64,000 bases of DNA from the IMG/VR virus record IMGVR_UViG_3300032225_002203; one strand, given 5' to 3'. The position numbers were made by a program, and so were the translations under genes. Source of the stretch: an uncultured virus (IMG/VR IMGVR_UViG_3300032225_002203). Taxonomy: Duplodnaviria > Heunggongvirae > Uroviricota > Caudoviricetes. Below, piece by piece: positions 48,275 to 57,410 of the stretch; within the stretch, counting starts at the first letter, position 1; each line of letters opens with the position of its first letter. The notes under the pieces are model-generated. The model was not told the origin of the DNA. It saw nothing but the letters and a program-made list of their open reading frames with translations, and searched no databases.

Positions 48275-49468
48275 TTAAAGTCCAAACTTCAAAGAAGTTG
48301 CGTAAATTGTAGGTCCAGATCCGGTATTCCAAGCTAATGTATTGCCTTTATAAAGACTTATAGTAGATGATGAACCAGCAGGTAAAATATAATTATATCC
48401 TAAACCAGTAGGTCTAATATCACTATCATTTCCATGAAAAATAGTATATATTTGTTGACTAGCTATATAAATTTCTATTTCGAAGAAACCAGAAGTAGAA
48501 TAATAATAATTACTATTACTACTACTATACACATATATAACTCTATCATAAGTAGCAGAACCAATAGTTATTTGTGTTGTTCGAGCTAAATTACCAGTAC
48601 CAACTACAAATGAACCCATACTAGTAAAAGAAGTATTCACATGTCTAATACCATCAGTATTAAAAGATACCTTTTCAGAACCAGCAACAGTTATACCAAG
48701 TCCATTAGTACTATACTTATAAATACCAGTGTTTGTAGTGCCTATAATACCAATACCTGGTGCAGAAGAAGAACCTGAGTTAATCAATAATTGACCAGTA
48801 GATGGTTTAAATCTTAAAGTTGTATTTGCCTTAACTATATTATTAATAGGACTAATATTAATTGTATCAATAAATGTCAAATATCTTTCAGTGGATGAGG
48901 TATCTGTACCGGTAATAGAAACCTGCGCAGCAACAGAAGCGGTACCAACAGTGAATTGATTAGGATTAACATAAACCGGTGAACTAGCACCACCGGTTAG
49001 AATATAACCAGTAGATCCATTAGTCAATCGATTAAGTAACAGAGTACCAGTTGTAATTTGAGTAGCATTTATATTTGTTATTCCATAAGCTGGTCCATAA
49101 AGACCACCACTAGCTACAATCGCCCCATTCGGACTAATACGAACCATCCCATCACCATATCCAATATCAGATGTTCTTATTTCTTCGCTTCCGGAATCTT
49201 GATATAAATAGCTATTTGAAATTATATTACTTGAAGTATATAAGGGAATATAATCAGTTGTTCCAGAACCAGCAATTCCTGAAGCATTTTCGGAAATCCA
49301 AGAAGATCCATTCCAAACATAAGGTGTATTATTTGATATATCAAAAACTCTCAAACCATGATATTTATAAGATATGGCATTTCTAGCAGCAGAGCCAGAA
49401 GCAACAATTCTATTATCTATTGGTGATGAGGTATTTACTTGAAAACCATCTATAATTTGTATTGACAT
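48275..49468 (-). CDS. Probable tail-fibre-type virion protein
   Basis: PIDNR...YHGLRVF...YVWNGSSW; G/S/T-rich; GSSSAPGI...NTGIY. Confidence 0.7.
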   Translation of the reverse strand: MSIQIIDGFQVNTSSPIDNRIVASGSAARNAISYKYHGLRVFDISNNTPYVWNGSSWISENASGIAGSGTTDYIPLYTSSNIISNSYLYQDSGSEEIRTSDIGYGDGMVRISPNGAIVASGGLYGPAYGITNINATQITTGTLLLNRLTNGSTGYILTGGASSPVYVNPNQFTVGTASVAAQVSITGTDTSSTERYLTFIDTINISPINNIVKANTTLRFKPSTGQLLINSGSSSAPGIGIIGTTNTGIYKYSTNGLGITVAGSEKVSFNTDGIRHVNTSFTSMGSFVVGTGNLARTTQITIGSATYDRVIYVYSSSNSNYYYSTSGFFEIEIYIASQQIYTIFHGNDSDIRPTGLGYNYILPAGSSSTISLYKGNTLAWNTGSGPTIYATSLKFGL

Positions 49469-49486
49469 ATTGTATATATAAATTTT

Positions 49487-51001
49487 TTAATATTTGAATT
49501 GGTAAATTACGGATGGAGGTCCAATTAAAGGAGTGCCATTCCATTGATAAACTCTAAATTGTTTTGAAGCCCAAAGACCCGTGGGTGATGATAAAGTCAA
49601 TAAACTTGATGAAAAAGAAGTTGAAATTATATTATTACCGTGATCATCATAAATACTACTTAAAACAGGATAATTACTATCATAGATAAAATAAAAACTA
49701 CCACTACCATAAAGATCAACTGATTTATCACTTTTTGGCTCAATAACTTTAGTTAAAGAAGCTAAACCAGTTGTTGTCATTGTTGATAATGAGCTAAATC
49801 CATAGAAGTAAGGATAAACTCCTTTAAGTGTAGCAGTAGATGAGTTTGATTGTGTTCCATCAGAAACTGTAATTGTAAATGATGAGGTTGCTGAAATTAT
49901 TGGAGTAATAACAACACCACTAGCACTTCCAGAAACAACTACTTGACCAGGTGAAGTTATAGCCGGATAAATACTTGGTATCATATATGATAAAGAAGTT
50001 GCTAATGTAGGTAAACTTCTTTTATTAATAGTATAAGATAACTTAATTAAAGGAGAAGAGCCTATCTCAACATAACCTGATGAATAAGGAGGTAGAATTG
50101 ATATTGTACATAAAGGTGGTAAATAAGGATAAGCAATTCTTCTTAACATCTCAACAATTGAAACTGAACTAAAAGTTTCACCAAACTTAATATCACCTAT
50201 TTCTATAGGACATGGTGTTGATTCTGTAAACTCAAATGGATGTCCATTTACATTTACAGGAGTACCATAAATATTTATAGCACTTCCAGTAACACCAATA
50301 TAACTACTTGCATTAAAAGTAATATCAGTCCAGCCTAAATTACCGTTATTCCAAGCCAAAACTCTACCATCACTAGCACTTAAACCAGATTGCTGAAGAG
50401 TTGGAAATACTATATTATTAACAGAAACCGTACCATAATTACTACTTAAATTAATTGTAGTTGCAGTACCACCAACTAAAGTTGGATTTACTATATCTAA
50501 AGATAAAGATGAATAGGTACCAACTGTAACTACTTGAGACTGTATATAAGGTGAATTAGTAAATAAAGAAGAATTTGTACCAGCTAAAATTCCAATTCTT
50601 GTCTTACTATTAGAAACTGTATCTTTTTTTGTATTATATAAAAATATATCAGCATCAGAGTTCAACAAAGTTGATGTCATAACATCATGAGTTGAATTAG
50701 TACCAGTATAATATCTTTTACCTATATAGATTTTACTTTTAACATCTTTATGTAAATAGTCAGTGTTGGCATTATCAATACCAATATAACTTATTACAGA
50801 TTGAGAAGCGATTGTTTGTTTAAATGCAGAACTTGACCAAGATGTTAAAATAACATCTCTTATATCTTTTGGATTTATTTCTTTATTAGTATTATTATGC
50901 AAGACATCCAAAACCGATGTAAAATCAACAGCTGTAGCGCCTATTATATCATAATTTGCTGCTTCTTTAGAGGTTCCTGTATAAATACTAAATGTCATCA
51001 T
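49487..51001 (-). CDS. Virion structural protein (paralogue of the next gene)
   Basis: LHNNTNKEINPKDIRD; S/T-rich; Ig-like C-terminus. Confidence 0.65.
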   Translation of the reverse strand: MMTFSIYTGTSKEAANYDIIGATAVDFTSVLDVLHNNTNKEINPKDIRDVILTSWSSSAFKQTIASQSVISYIGIDNANTDYLHKDVKSKIYIGKRYYTGTNSTHDVMTSTLLNSDADIFLYNTKKDTVSNSKTRIGILAGTNSSLFTNSPYIQSQVVTVGTYSSLSLDIVNPTLVGGTATTINLSSNYGTVSVNNIVFPTLQQSGLSASDGRVLAWNNGNLGWTDITFNASSYIGVTGSAINIYGTPVNVNGHPFEFTESTPCPIEIGDIKFGETFSSVSIVEMLRRIAYPYLPPLCTISILPPYSSGYVEIGSSPLIKLSYTINKRSLPTLATSLSYMIPSIYPAITSPGQVVVSGSASGVVITPIISATSSFTITVSDGTQSNSSTATLKGVYPYFYGFSSLSTMTTTGLASLTKVIEPKSDKSVDLYGSGSFYFIYDSNYPVLSSIYDDHGNNIISTSFSSSLLTLSSPTGLWASKQFRVYQWNGTPLIGPPSVIYQFKY

Positions 51002-51004
51002 ATC

Positions 51005-52567
51005 TTAAAATATAAATTCAAAATTTCCACTACTTGTATAACTACAAGTTCCTAATGTTTTGTAAATTCTCCACTGCCCACTTGATGATATATTATTAGC
51101 ACCAGTAGGTGATATACCCGGTATACCAGAATATGTAAATGCTGAGTAAGTAAAGTTTGCTGAATCATGTATAATGAAACCATTTGGATCTTTAATTTTT
51201 GACAAAATTGGATAAGTAAATGGAACTACAAAATATACATAACCACCACCATTATAAGGTACTGATATTGATTGAGATGAACCTAAATAAGGAATAACCA
51301 ATCTGTTTGCTGAGTTCATATAAGTTCCTAATTGTGAAGCTCTTGTAGGGGCAGAACCAAATATATCAATATTAGTTAAACTAAACCCATAAAAAAACGG
51401 ATCCACAAATCTAACAGATGCGGTGGCACTATGAGAAAAAGTTAAAAGATAAACATTATCACGAGCACTTAAAACATAACTTTGAGTACCGGCATTAGGT
51501 GCATAAATACTAGAGCTAAAAGTAGCAATCAATTGACTACCAACTGAACCACTAAAAGATAAACCTGAGTAAGTAGTACCACTTATATTATAACTACTAA
51601 TTATATTAGAATATCTTGTTATTGAATAACTAAATAAGGCAGAATATGTAACACCAGCGGCAAAGTAATTTACACCACTAGTTGTAACATTTAGTGATAA
51701 GGCTGGTGGAACATAAGGATATAGTATCTTTCTAATAACTTCTGACAAAGGCCAGTTTTGACCATTGTAAGAGCCAGCAGAAAAAGAACTACCTTGAGTA
51801 ACACCACCAGTTGTTTGAGGAACAATTGAACTATCAACAAACTCTAAGGAGTGACCATTAACATTACTTGGACTACCATAAATATTTGTAGGTAAACCAA
51901 TTGTACCAATATTAGCAATACTAACTGTTGGCTCTGCCCATTTAAGAACACCATTTGGATAAGCACCAGAATACTTTAATATTCTACCATTTGAAGCTGA
52001 AGCCGATGTTTCAGCAACAGTTGGAAAAGTAATGCCATTAATAGCAACTCTACCAGTACTACTAACAACATTAATAGCACCTGAAAATAAAGAAGGGTTA
52101 ACTAAATTTAAATCAAGAGCAGTATTTGAATTTATACTATTTGACTGAATATAAGGAGCATTTATATGTAAAGAAGAACTTGTACCAGCTAAAATAACAA
52201 TTTTTGTACTTTGAGTACCAGAGTCAGATTTAGTATTATAAAGATAAATATCATTATTAGTATTGGTTAATAATGAATTATTCATTATATCAGAACCAGC
52301 ATAACTTCTTTTACCAATAAAAATCTTTTCTTTAATATCTCTACTAGAAGGATTACCAGAGTCTATACCAAGATATTCTATATTTGCTTGACCAATTGTC
52401 TGCTTAAAAGCCGATGTAGCCCAAGCTGATAGAAAAGCATCTCTAACATCTTTAGGTGATATTAGTTTTTGAGTATTATCAGGTAAATCTAATAGTACAC
52501 TATTAATATTTTGCTTTCTTAAAGCTTCTGTTGGAGTTCCAACATTTATACTATATGTAGCCGGCAT
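51005..52567 (-). CDS. Virion structural protein (paralogue of the previous gene)
   Basis: LPDNTQKLISPKDVRD; colinear similarity throughout. Confidence 0.65.
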   Translation of the reverse strand: MPATYSINVGTPTEALRKQNINSVLLDLPDNTQKLISPKDVRDAFLSAWATSAFKQTIGQANIEYLGIDSGNPSSRDIKEKIFIGKRSYAGSDIMNNSLLTNTNNDIYLYNTKSDSGTQSTKIVILAGTSSSLHINAPYIQSNSINSNTALDLNLVNPSLFSGAINVVSSTGRVAINGITFPTVAETSASASNGRILKYSGAYPNGVLKWAEPTVSIANIGTIGLPTNIYGSPSNVNGHSLEFVDSSIVPQTTGGVTQGSSFSAGSYNGQNWPLSEVIRKILYPYVPPALSLNVTTSGVNYFAAGVTYSALFSYSITRYSNIISSYNISGTTYSGLSFSGSVGSQLIATFSSSIYAPNAGTQSYVLSARDNVYLLTFSHSATASVRFVDPFFYGFSLTNIDIFGSAPTRASQLGTYMNSANRLVIPYLGSSQSISVPYNGGGYVYFVVPFTYPILSKIKDPNGFIIHDSANFTYSAFTYSGIPGISPTGANNISSSGQWRIYKTLGTCSYTSSGNFEFIF

Positions 52568-52614
52568 TTAGTCTTATTCTTTTTTTGTATATATTAAAAA
52601 GGCAAGACCAACTA

Positions 52615-53010
52615 TTAGCTAAATAAAAATTCTAATCTTATTAAATCTTTGACTCTCGCAGTTTTTAAATTTAAATCTTCAAAATTAATTTTTTCATAAC
52701 CAATTTCATTTTCAATTTCCATCAAATTAGCCATATCAGCTGAAAAGGCATCTATATCTTTGATGTTAACACCACCTGGATTACCATTATCATCTTTAAC
52801 AACAAGAACATTACCCTCTTCATCCTTTTCAGCGTGTTTGTTTATAACTCGTTGTTCCATTTTATTTTTATCATCAACAATAGATGTGATTTCTTTAATA
52901 ATTCTCATTAACTTAAAAGCAACAGAAGCATTAATATCAACATCAACCAATTTATTTAGAGCGGCTAATGTTTCTTCATTTAGATCTGAGTTTCTTACTA
53001 CAATAGACAT
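52615..53010 (-). CDS. Hypothetical helical protein (DUF1617-like, found near fibre genes)
   Basis: AFKLMR.IK.I...K.AEKDEEG pattern; weak. Confidence 0.5.
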   Translation of the reverse strand: MSIVVRNSDLNEETLAALNKLVDVDINASVAFKLMRIIKEITSIVDDKNKMEQRVINKHAEKDEEGNVLVVKDDNGNPGGVNIKDIDAFSADMANLMEIENEIGYEKINFEDLNLKTARVKDLIRLEFLFS

Positions 53011-53022
53011 AATTTTTATATT

Positions 53023-53739
53023 TTATTTTATTGGTTCTACTAAACCATCAATTCTTGATTTTATTATCTCAAAATATTTTTCATCTCTCTCCATCACTAT
53101 GTATTTTCTATCAGTTAATATACAAGCGTGTGCTGTTGTTCCTGTACCCGCAAAATTATCAAGAACAATATCACCAGGATTTGAATGTTTATTTACAATA
53201 TCTGTAATTAATTGTAATGGCTTTTGTGTTGGATGTTCATATCTTTCTTTACCGTGACAAATAGGATATCTATAAACACCATTATCATAAACAGAATGAA
53301 AAGTAGGTTTTTTCCCTTTTACAAAAGTGAAAAAGTATTCAATAGCATTTGATAAATAATTTAATTTAGAATTTATAGGAACCGGATTTGATTTTTGCCA
53401 TTGACAAACTCTTGGTTGTTTGAACTTATATTTATCAGCCATAGTTTTAATCTCAGTTGATTTCCAAATATCATAGAAAATAATTAAAGTTCCACCGTCT
53501 CTTAAAACACGATTGTACTCTTTGAAAAGAAAATCCCAATCTAATTCACCTTTATCCCACTCTCCAAAATCAATTGATACTTTACCATACTTAGTTATTA
53601 ACTCTTTTGAAGCATCATCTGAGTAACTTTTAAAGTTTGAATCTCTTGAAATTAAGTACGGTGGATCAACCAAAATTAAATCCACAGACTTACTTTCAAT
53701 ATTTTTTATTAATTCAAAACAATCACCTTGTAAAATCAT
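53023..53739 (-). CDS. DNA methyltransferase (N6-A/N4-C, beta class)
   Basis: DPPY precedes HPTQKP and DNFAGTGTT. Confidence 0.92.
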   Translation of the reverse strand: MILQGDCFELIKNIESKSVDLILVDPPYLISRDSNFKSYSDDASKELITKYGKVSIDFGEWDKGELDWDFLFKEYNRVLRDGGTLIIFYDIWKSTEIKTMADKYKFKQPRVCQWQKSNPVPINSKLNYLSNAIEYFFTFVKGKKPTFHSVYDNGVYRYPICHGKERYEHPTQKPLQLITDIVNKHSNPGDIVLDNFAGTGTTAHACILTDRKYIVMERDEKYFEIIKSRIDGLVEPIK

Positions 53740-53804
53740 CAAAGTATATATTCGACAACATGACCTTCATAAAAATAATATATAATAAAAAATAACCGGT
53801 AAAT

Positions 53805-54575
53805 ATGAACTTAGTAAATCTATTAAAAGGGTTATTAAACCTTCAAAGAAAAGTAGATGTTAAATCTCTTCCATCACAAGGTTTATTCTACAAAGATGAT
53901 TTTGAAATCATTATTAAAAAAGCTGATGTTGGTGACATCATTGAATACGAACACGATTATATTAAAGATGACTTAGGTTTAGTAATAACTAAACTTAAAA
54001 AAGTTGTAGAAAAAAATGCCATTTTCTCAACTGGCTATTCATTTAATAATTTAAAAAGCATTGACATAGTATTTTTGTTTTTAGAAATTGTAAGATTTAC
54101 AAAAGGTAAAGCAGTAAGTCTAACTTATTTTGATGATGAAAAAGGACAAGAAATAGATATAGAGTTTTCTTCAAGTTATTTTAATTACTTTAGACTTTCA
54201 GAAGAAGTAATGGAACACTATAACAAAGATTCTAAAGAATTCATTATAGAAGATTTTAAATTTACATTACCGTCAATAGGTGTTGAAAATTGTTTAACAA
54301 ACTATCTTATAAGTAAATCAGATGATTTAGATGCTAATGAGTATAATAATTATAATTATGATTTTATTTACTTTTTAGGTAATAAAAAGTCTATAACATT
54401 TAATGAAATAGATAATTTAATTCAAATATTTAATTATGATATAGAAGAATCAGATTCTAAAAAGATTAGAAAAGTAATTAAAATGTTTCAACCAATTCAA
54501 AGATACTCTCTTAAAAGAGGTAATAAGGTAATTGAAATTAACTCAAAGATAGACCTTGAAAAAATCTGGAAGTAA
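53805..54575 (+). CDS. T4 gp26-like baseplate hub protein
   Basis: LPSQGLFY N-terminal motif; D..FLFLEI.. Confidence 0.55.
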   Translation: MNLVNLLKGLLNLQRKVDVKSLPSQGLFYKDDFEIIIKKADVGDIIEYEHDYIKDDLGLVITKLKKVVEKNAIFSTGYSFNNLKSIDIVFLFLEIVRFTKGKAVSLTYFDDEKGQEIDIEFSSSYFNYFRLSEEVMEHYNKDSKEFIIEDFKFTLPSIGVENCLTNYLISKSDDLDANEYNNYNYDFIYFLGNKKSITFNEIDNLIQIFNYDIEESDSKKIRKVIKMFQPIQRYSLKRGNKVIEINSKIDLEKIWK

Positions 54576-54590
54576 TTTAATATATACTAT

Positions 54591-55313
54591 ATGAAACTTA
54601 AAAAGTATAACGATTTTATTAAAGAGTCTTTTAGTACATCTCAACAATATGCGGACTTCCTAACATCTAAAGCTATATCAACTGATATATTCAATGATAG
54701 TTTATTTGATGTTAAACAATTTGCTAGAGTTAGTAACTATAGATATTTAGTTGATACAAAAGGTCATGCTGTTAATACTGAAGTTGATGATAATGAAAAA
54801 TATAGATTACTTTATACTTGTCAAATTCAATACAGTTTAGTCCCAGGTAAAAATGATTTTAATAAAGTTCTTGATAATCTAAATACTATTAAGATATCTG
54901 TAGATGAAATGATAGATAGAGTTGAAGCGGAAGAATTAAAACTTGAAAAAAATGAGTATTGGTTAGATAAAACAACAGGACACGAAAGAGTTATTCACAC
55001 TTTTTCCATATCATTTATAAGTAATGAGATAAGTACAAAAGAACTAAAAAAATCTTATACAGACTATATTAACTATATAGATAAAGATTATTTAGTTGGA
55101 TTAAAAAAAATTAGAGACATCTACAGAGAAGAAGGTATAGACTTTGATAGATATATGGACACAACCGATGATGATGAATATACTTTAGTAGGTGTTTTTA
55201 TAGGAGAAGATTTATATGGTGTAGCCTCATATAATACAAAAACTAAACAATTCACTATTGATGAGGACGAAATAGTTGCCTCGGTAAACGCTTATAGAGA
55301 AGACAATCAATAA
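54591..55313 (+). CDS. Hypothetical protein with capsid-targeting-like N-terminus
   Basis: MKLKKYNDFIKES; ATATATA at 54580-54586. Confidence 0.7.
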   Translation: MKLKKYNDFIKESFSTSQQYADFLTSKAISTDIFNDSLFDVKQFARVSNYRYLVDTKGHAVNTEVDDNEKYRLLYTCQIQYSLVPGKNDFNKVLDNLNTIKISVDEMIDRVEAEELKLEKNEYWLDKTTGHERVIHTFSISFISNEISTKELKKSYTDYINYIDKDYLVGLKKIRDIYREEGIDFDRYMDTTDDDEYTLVGVFIGEDLYGVASYNTKTKQFTIDEDEIVASVNAYREDNQ

Positions 55314-55342
55314 AAAAAACCCACTCAACTGAGTAGGTTTTT
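55312..55342. terminator. Bidirectional terminator
   Basis: AAAACCCACTCA-AC-TGAGTAGGTTTTT. Confidence 0.75.
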
Positions 55343-55349
55343 AGTTTAA

Positions 55350-56801
55350 TTAAAGCTTAATAGCCTTAATCTCATTGTAAAGAGCTTTCTTGTCTAACTC
55401 CATCATCTTCATGATGTCAAAGACTTTATCTGAAAATCCAGCCAAAGCAAAGACGTTTTGTTCAGGGAACTGCAAAGTACTCATCCCAGCAAGATCCCAA
55501 GAGTAAACGTATGGATTAGCTCCAAACTTACTCTTATACTTAGAGAACTCAGCAGATGGAGTTGTATAACCCATCCAACCTTGCATATCTGACAAGATAA
55601 TAACTCTGTCATACTTCTTGTTAGCTCTATCAAAGATAGCCTTGAAATTGGTACCTCCACCTGAGAATCTGAAACTATTTCTAATAGTCATTACAGAATC
55701 CATTGGATTGTAAGACATATACTTAGCATCAGTAGAGAAAGTCATAACATCACAGTTATTAACTTTAGCCAAAATAGCACCAAATAATGAAGCAATCTCA
55801 GATGGCTTACCGCTCATAGAACCAGAAACATCCATAACAACAAGTGTCTCACCGTCAAATACTGGTACGTTAGCAACAGAGATATCAAGTGCTTGACCAA
55901 TTGCCATAAGAACGTCTCTTACTTCTTTAGAAGAACCAATCTTACTGATTTCTTCATAAGCAGTTGAGAAACGGAATGGAAGAACTCTTGAGTTCTTAAT
56001 CAATCTTTCATCAACTAACATTTCACAAGCTGAACTGACAGCAGTTGGAGATTGAGTGATGATGTTTCTCAAGTTTCTAAGAAGTGCGAAGTAACCAATC
56101 TTCTTAGTAGAAATCAATTCTGACCAAGCATCGGCTTTCAATTTAGTCAAGTCTTCTTCAGACTCGGCTACTTGACCAGCTTGCGATAACATAGACTCCC
56201 AAGTTTGAGTGTTTTTCAACTCACCTTTAACAAGTGACTCAAGGGCCGCCTTGTTTCTAACAGTTGGAATTGGGTGAACAATGTTAACTAAGTCAACAAG
56301 TTTTACTTCTTTGTTATCACCTTTGTACTTAGCCAATTGGTAACCATCAAACTTATCGAAAGCTTTAGCGAATCCTTTCTTCAAAGCATTTGGAAACTTA
56401 GGACTATCTTTAGATGTCTTGTAAGCCAAGTAGTAAGACATGATTTCAGTCATATCATCAACACGAACAACTACTTTGTCGTAGAAGTTTTTACCCCACT
56501 CGGCGCCCGATAGTTGTGAAGTTAGTTCACCAGCAAGGGCATGAGTAATACTTCTCATACCGAAACGGTCACGAGCAAAGATAGCCGCCTTAGCAACAAA
56601 CTCTTTATCTTTCACTTTACTAGAAAGTCTTCTCAATTCGTCTAATGACGTTTGAGCATTTCTATAAAACTGATCATTAACAAATGATGTTAATAAAAGA
56701 GATACTAGAGCTAGTTCATCAGATTGTGAATAAGCTTGTCCACCTGCTAGGTTTTCAGTTAAAGTCTTTGCCTTTGGCATTGTTGTGTTAAATTTTGACA
56801 T
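55350..56801 (-). CDS. Ro60/TROVE-domain RNA-binding protein (TROVE plus vWA)
   Basis: NLAGGQAY, AR..FGMRS, FDGYQLAKY, TWES.LS, GYFALLRNLRNI, LPFRF; MIDAS DVSGSM, GGGT, ILSDMQ. Confidence 0.93.
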   Translation of the reverse strand: MSKFNTTMPKAKTLTENLAGGQAYSQSDELALVSLLLTSFVNDQFYRNAQTSLDELRRLSSKVKDKEFVAKAAIFARDRFGMRSITHALAGELTSQLSGAEWGKNFYDKVVVRVDDMTEIMSYYLAYKTSKDSPKFPNALKKGFAKAFDKFDGYQLAKYKGDNKEVKLVDLVNIVHPIPTVRNKAALESLVKGELKNTQTWESMLSQAGQVAESEEDLTKLKADAWSELISTKKIGYFALLRNLRNIITQSPTAVSSACEMLVDERLIKNSRVLPFRFSTAYEEISKIGSSKEVRDVLMAIGQALDISVANVPVFDGETLVVMDVSGSMSGKPSEIASLFGAILAKVNNCDVMTFSTDAKYMSYNPMDSVMTIRNSFRFSGGGTNFKAIFDRANKKYDRVIILSDMQGWMGYTTPSAEFSKYKSKFGANPYVYSWDLAGMSTLQFPEQNVFALAGFSDKVFDIMKMMELDKKALYNEIKAIKL

Positions 56802-56834
56802 AATTTATATTTTAATTTTAATTTATTTTTAAAT

Positions 56835-56873
56835 AAAAAAGACCAGATAACATTTCTGTTTATCTGGTCTTTT
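56835..56873 (-). terminator. Strong intrinsic terminator between the ncRNAs and the TROVE gene
   Basis: 14-bp stem AAAAGACCAGATAA/TTATCTGGTCTTTT, U-tail on minus strand. Confidence 0.85.
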
Positions 56874-56881
56874 ATAATTTG

Positions 56882-57164
56882 CGCAAACAAGTAAATTTAG
56901 CCTAAGCGTTACAAAGAATTCTCCCGAAACTTTGCCTATAGTTGTAGTGACCATATCACTCAGTTCTTTATTTAAAGGAAGTTTCTGAATTCCTTGACTA
57001 ACCTCTTAAAAAGAGTTTCAGGAGTCACCTGGACTTTTTCACTTTAATTTAGCAATGTCCTTTCGGCTTCATCTAAATTCAGTAGCTTTGCTGTCGCTAA
57101 GCACTTTCTGTCATAGTTTATATTTGAATATATCGAAGTATCTCAAACTATCGCTATGTCTGCG
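56882..57164 (-). ncRNA. Large Y-RNA-like ncRNA (~283 nt)
   Basis: 5'/3' ends pair: CGCAGACA/TGTTTGCG and TAGTTTGAG/CTTAGGCTA around a TAGCGA/AATTTACT internal loop; multiple internal hairpins; adjacent to TROVE. Confidence 0.75.
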
Positions 57165-57179
57165 TTTTAATTATATTGA

Positions 57180-57242
57180 CCAGAGTAAGTTATTAAAGAG
57201 TGTTTTTTTCTGAACCGAAGTAACTCTCTAATTCACTACTGG
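57180..57242 (-). ncRNA. Minimal Y-RNA-like ncRNA (~63 nt)
   Basis: CCAG/CTGG and ATTAGAGAG/CTCTTTAAT around a TAGTGA/AACTTACT loop; same TACTTCG motif as the larger RNA. Confidence 0.75.
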
Positions 57243-57378
57243 AGTATTTTAATTGTCTTTCTTTTATATCAGAAAATCAAAAAGTTTTAATTTTCTTCAA
57301 AAAAGTTTTTTAATTTGTTTAGTATATATCAACCTCTAAAATTTCGTTTTTTTCAAAGGTGGATTGTTTATAGTTCTA

Positions 57379-57410
57379 CAAAGATACTAATTATATTAGT
57401 ACTTTCCGAA
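57379..57410 (-). promoter_or_regulatory. Bacteroidota sigmaA-type promoter upstream of the ncRNA-TROVE unit
   Basis: TTCG-N20-TATCTTTG; an ATATATA motif also at 57323-57329. Confidence 0.6.

Noticed and set aside
53023..53739. Restriction-modification system
   Set aside because: No adjacent restriction endonuclease; looks like an orphan protective methyltransferase
56829..56954. About 41-aa minus-strand ORF (MVTTTIGKV...) in the TROVE leader
   Set aside because: Runs through the RNA's closing stem and the terminator; better explained as non-coding
57040..57085. Hammerhead ribozyme suggested by GATGA...GAAA on the minus strand
   Set aside because: No CUGANGA core, and the GAAA is a hairpin loop rather than the catalytic strand
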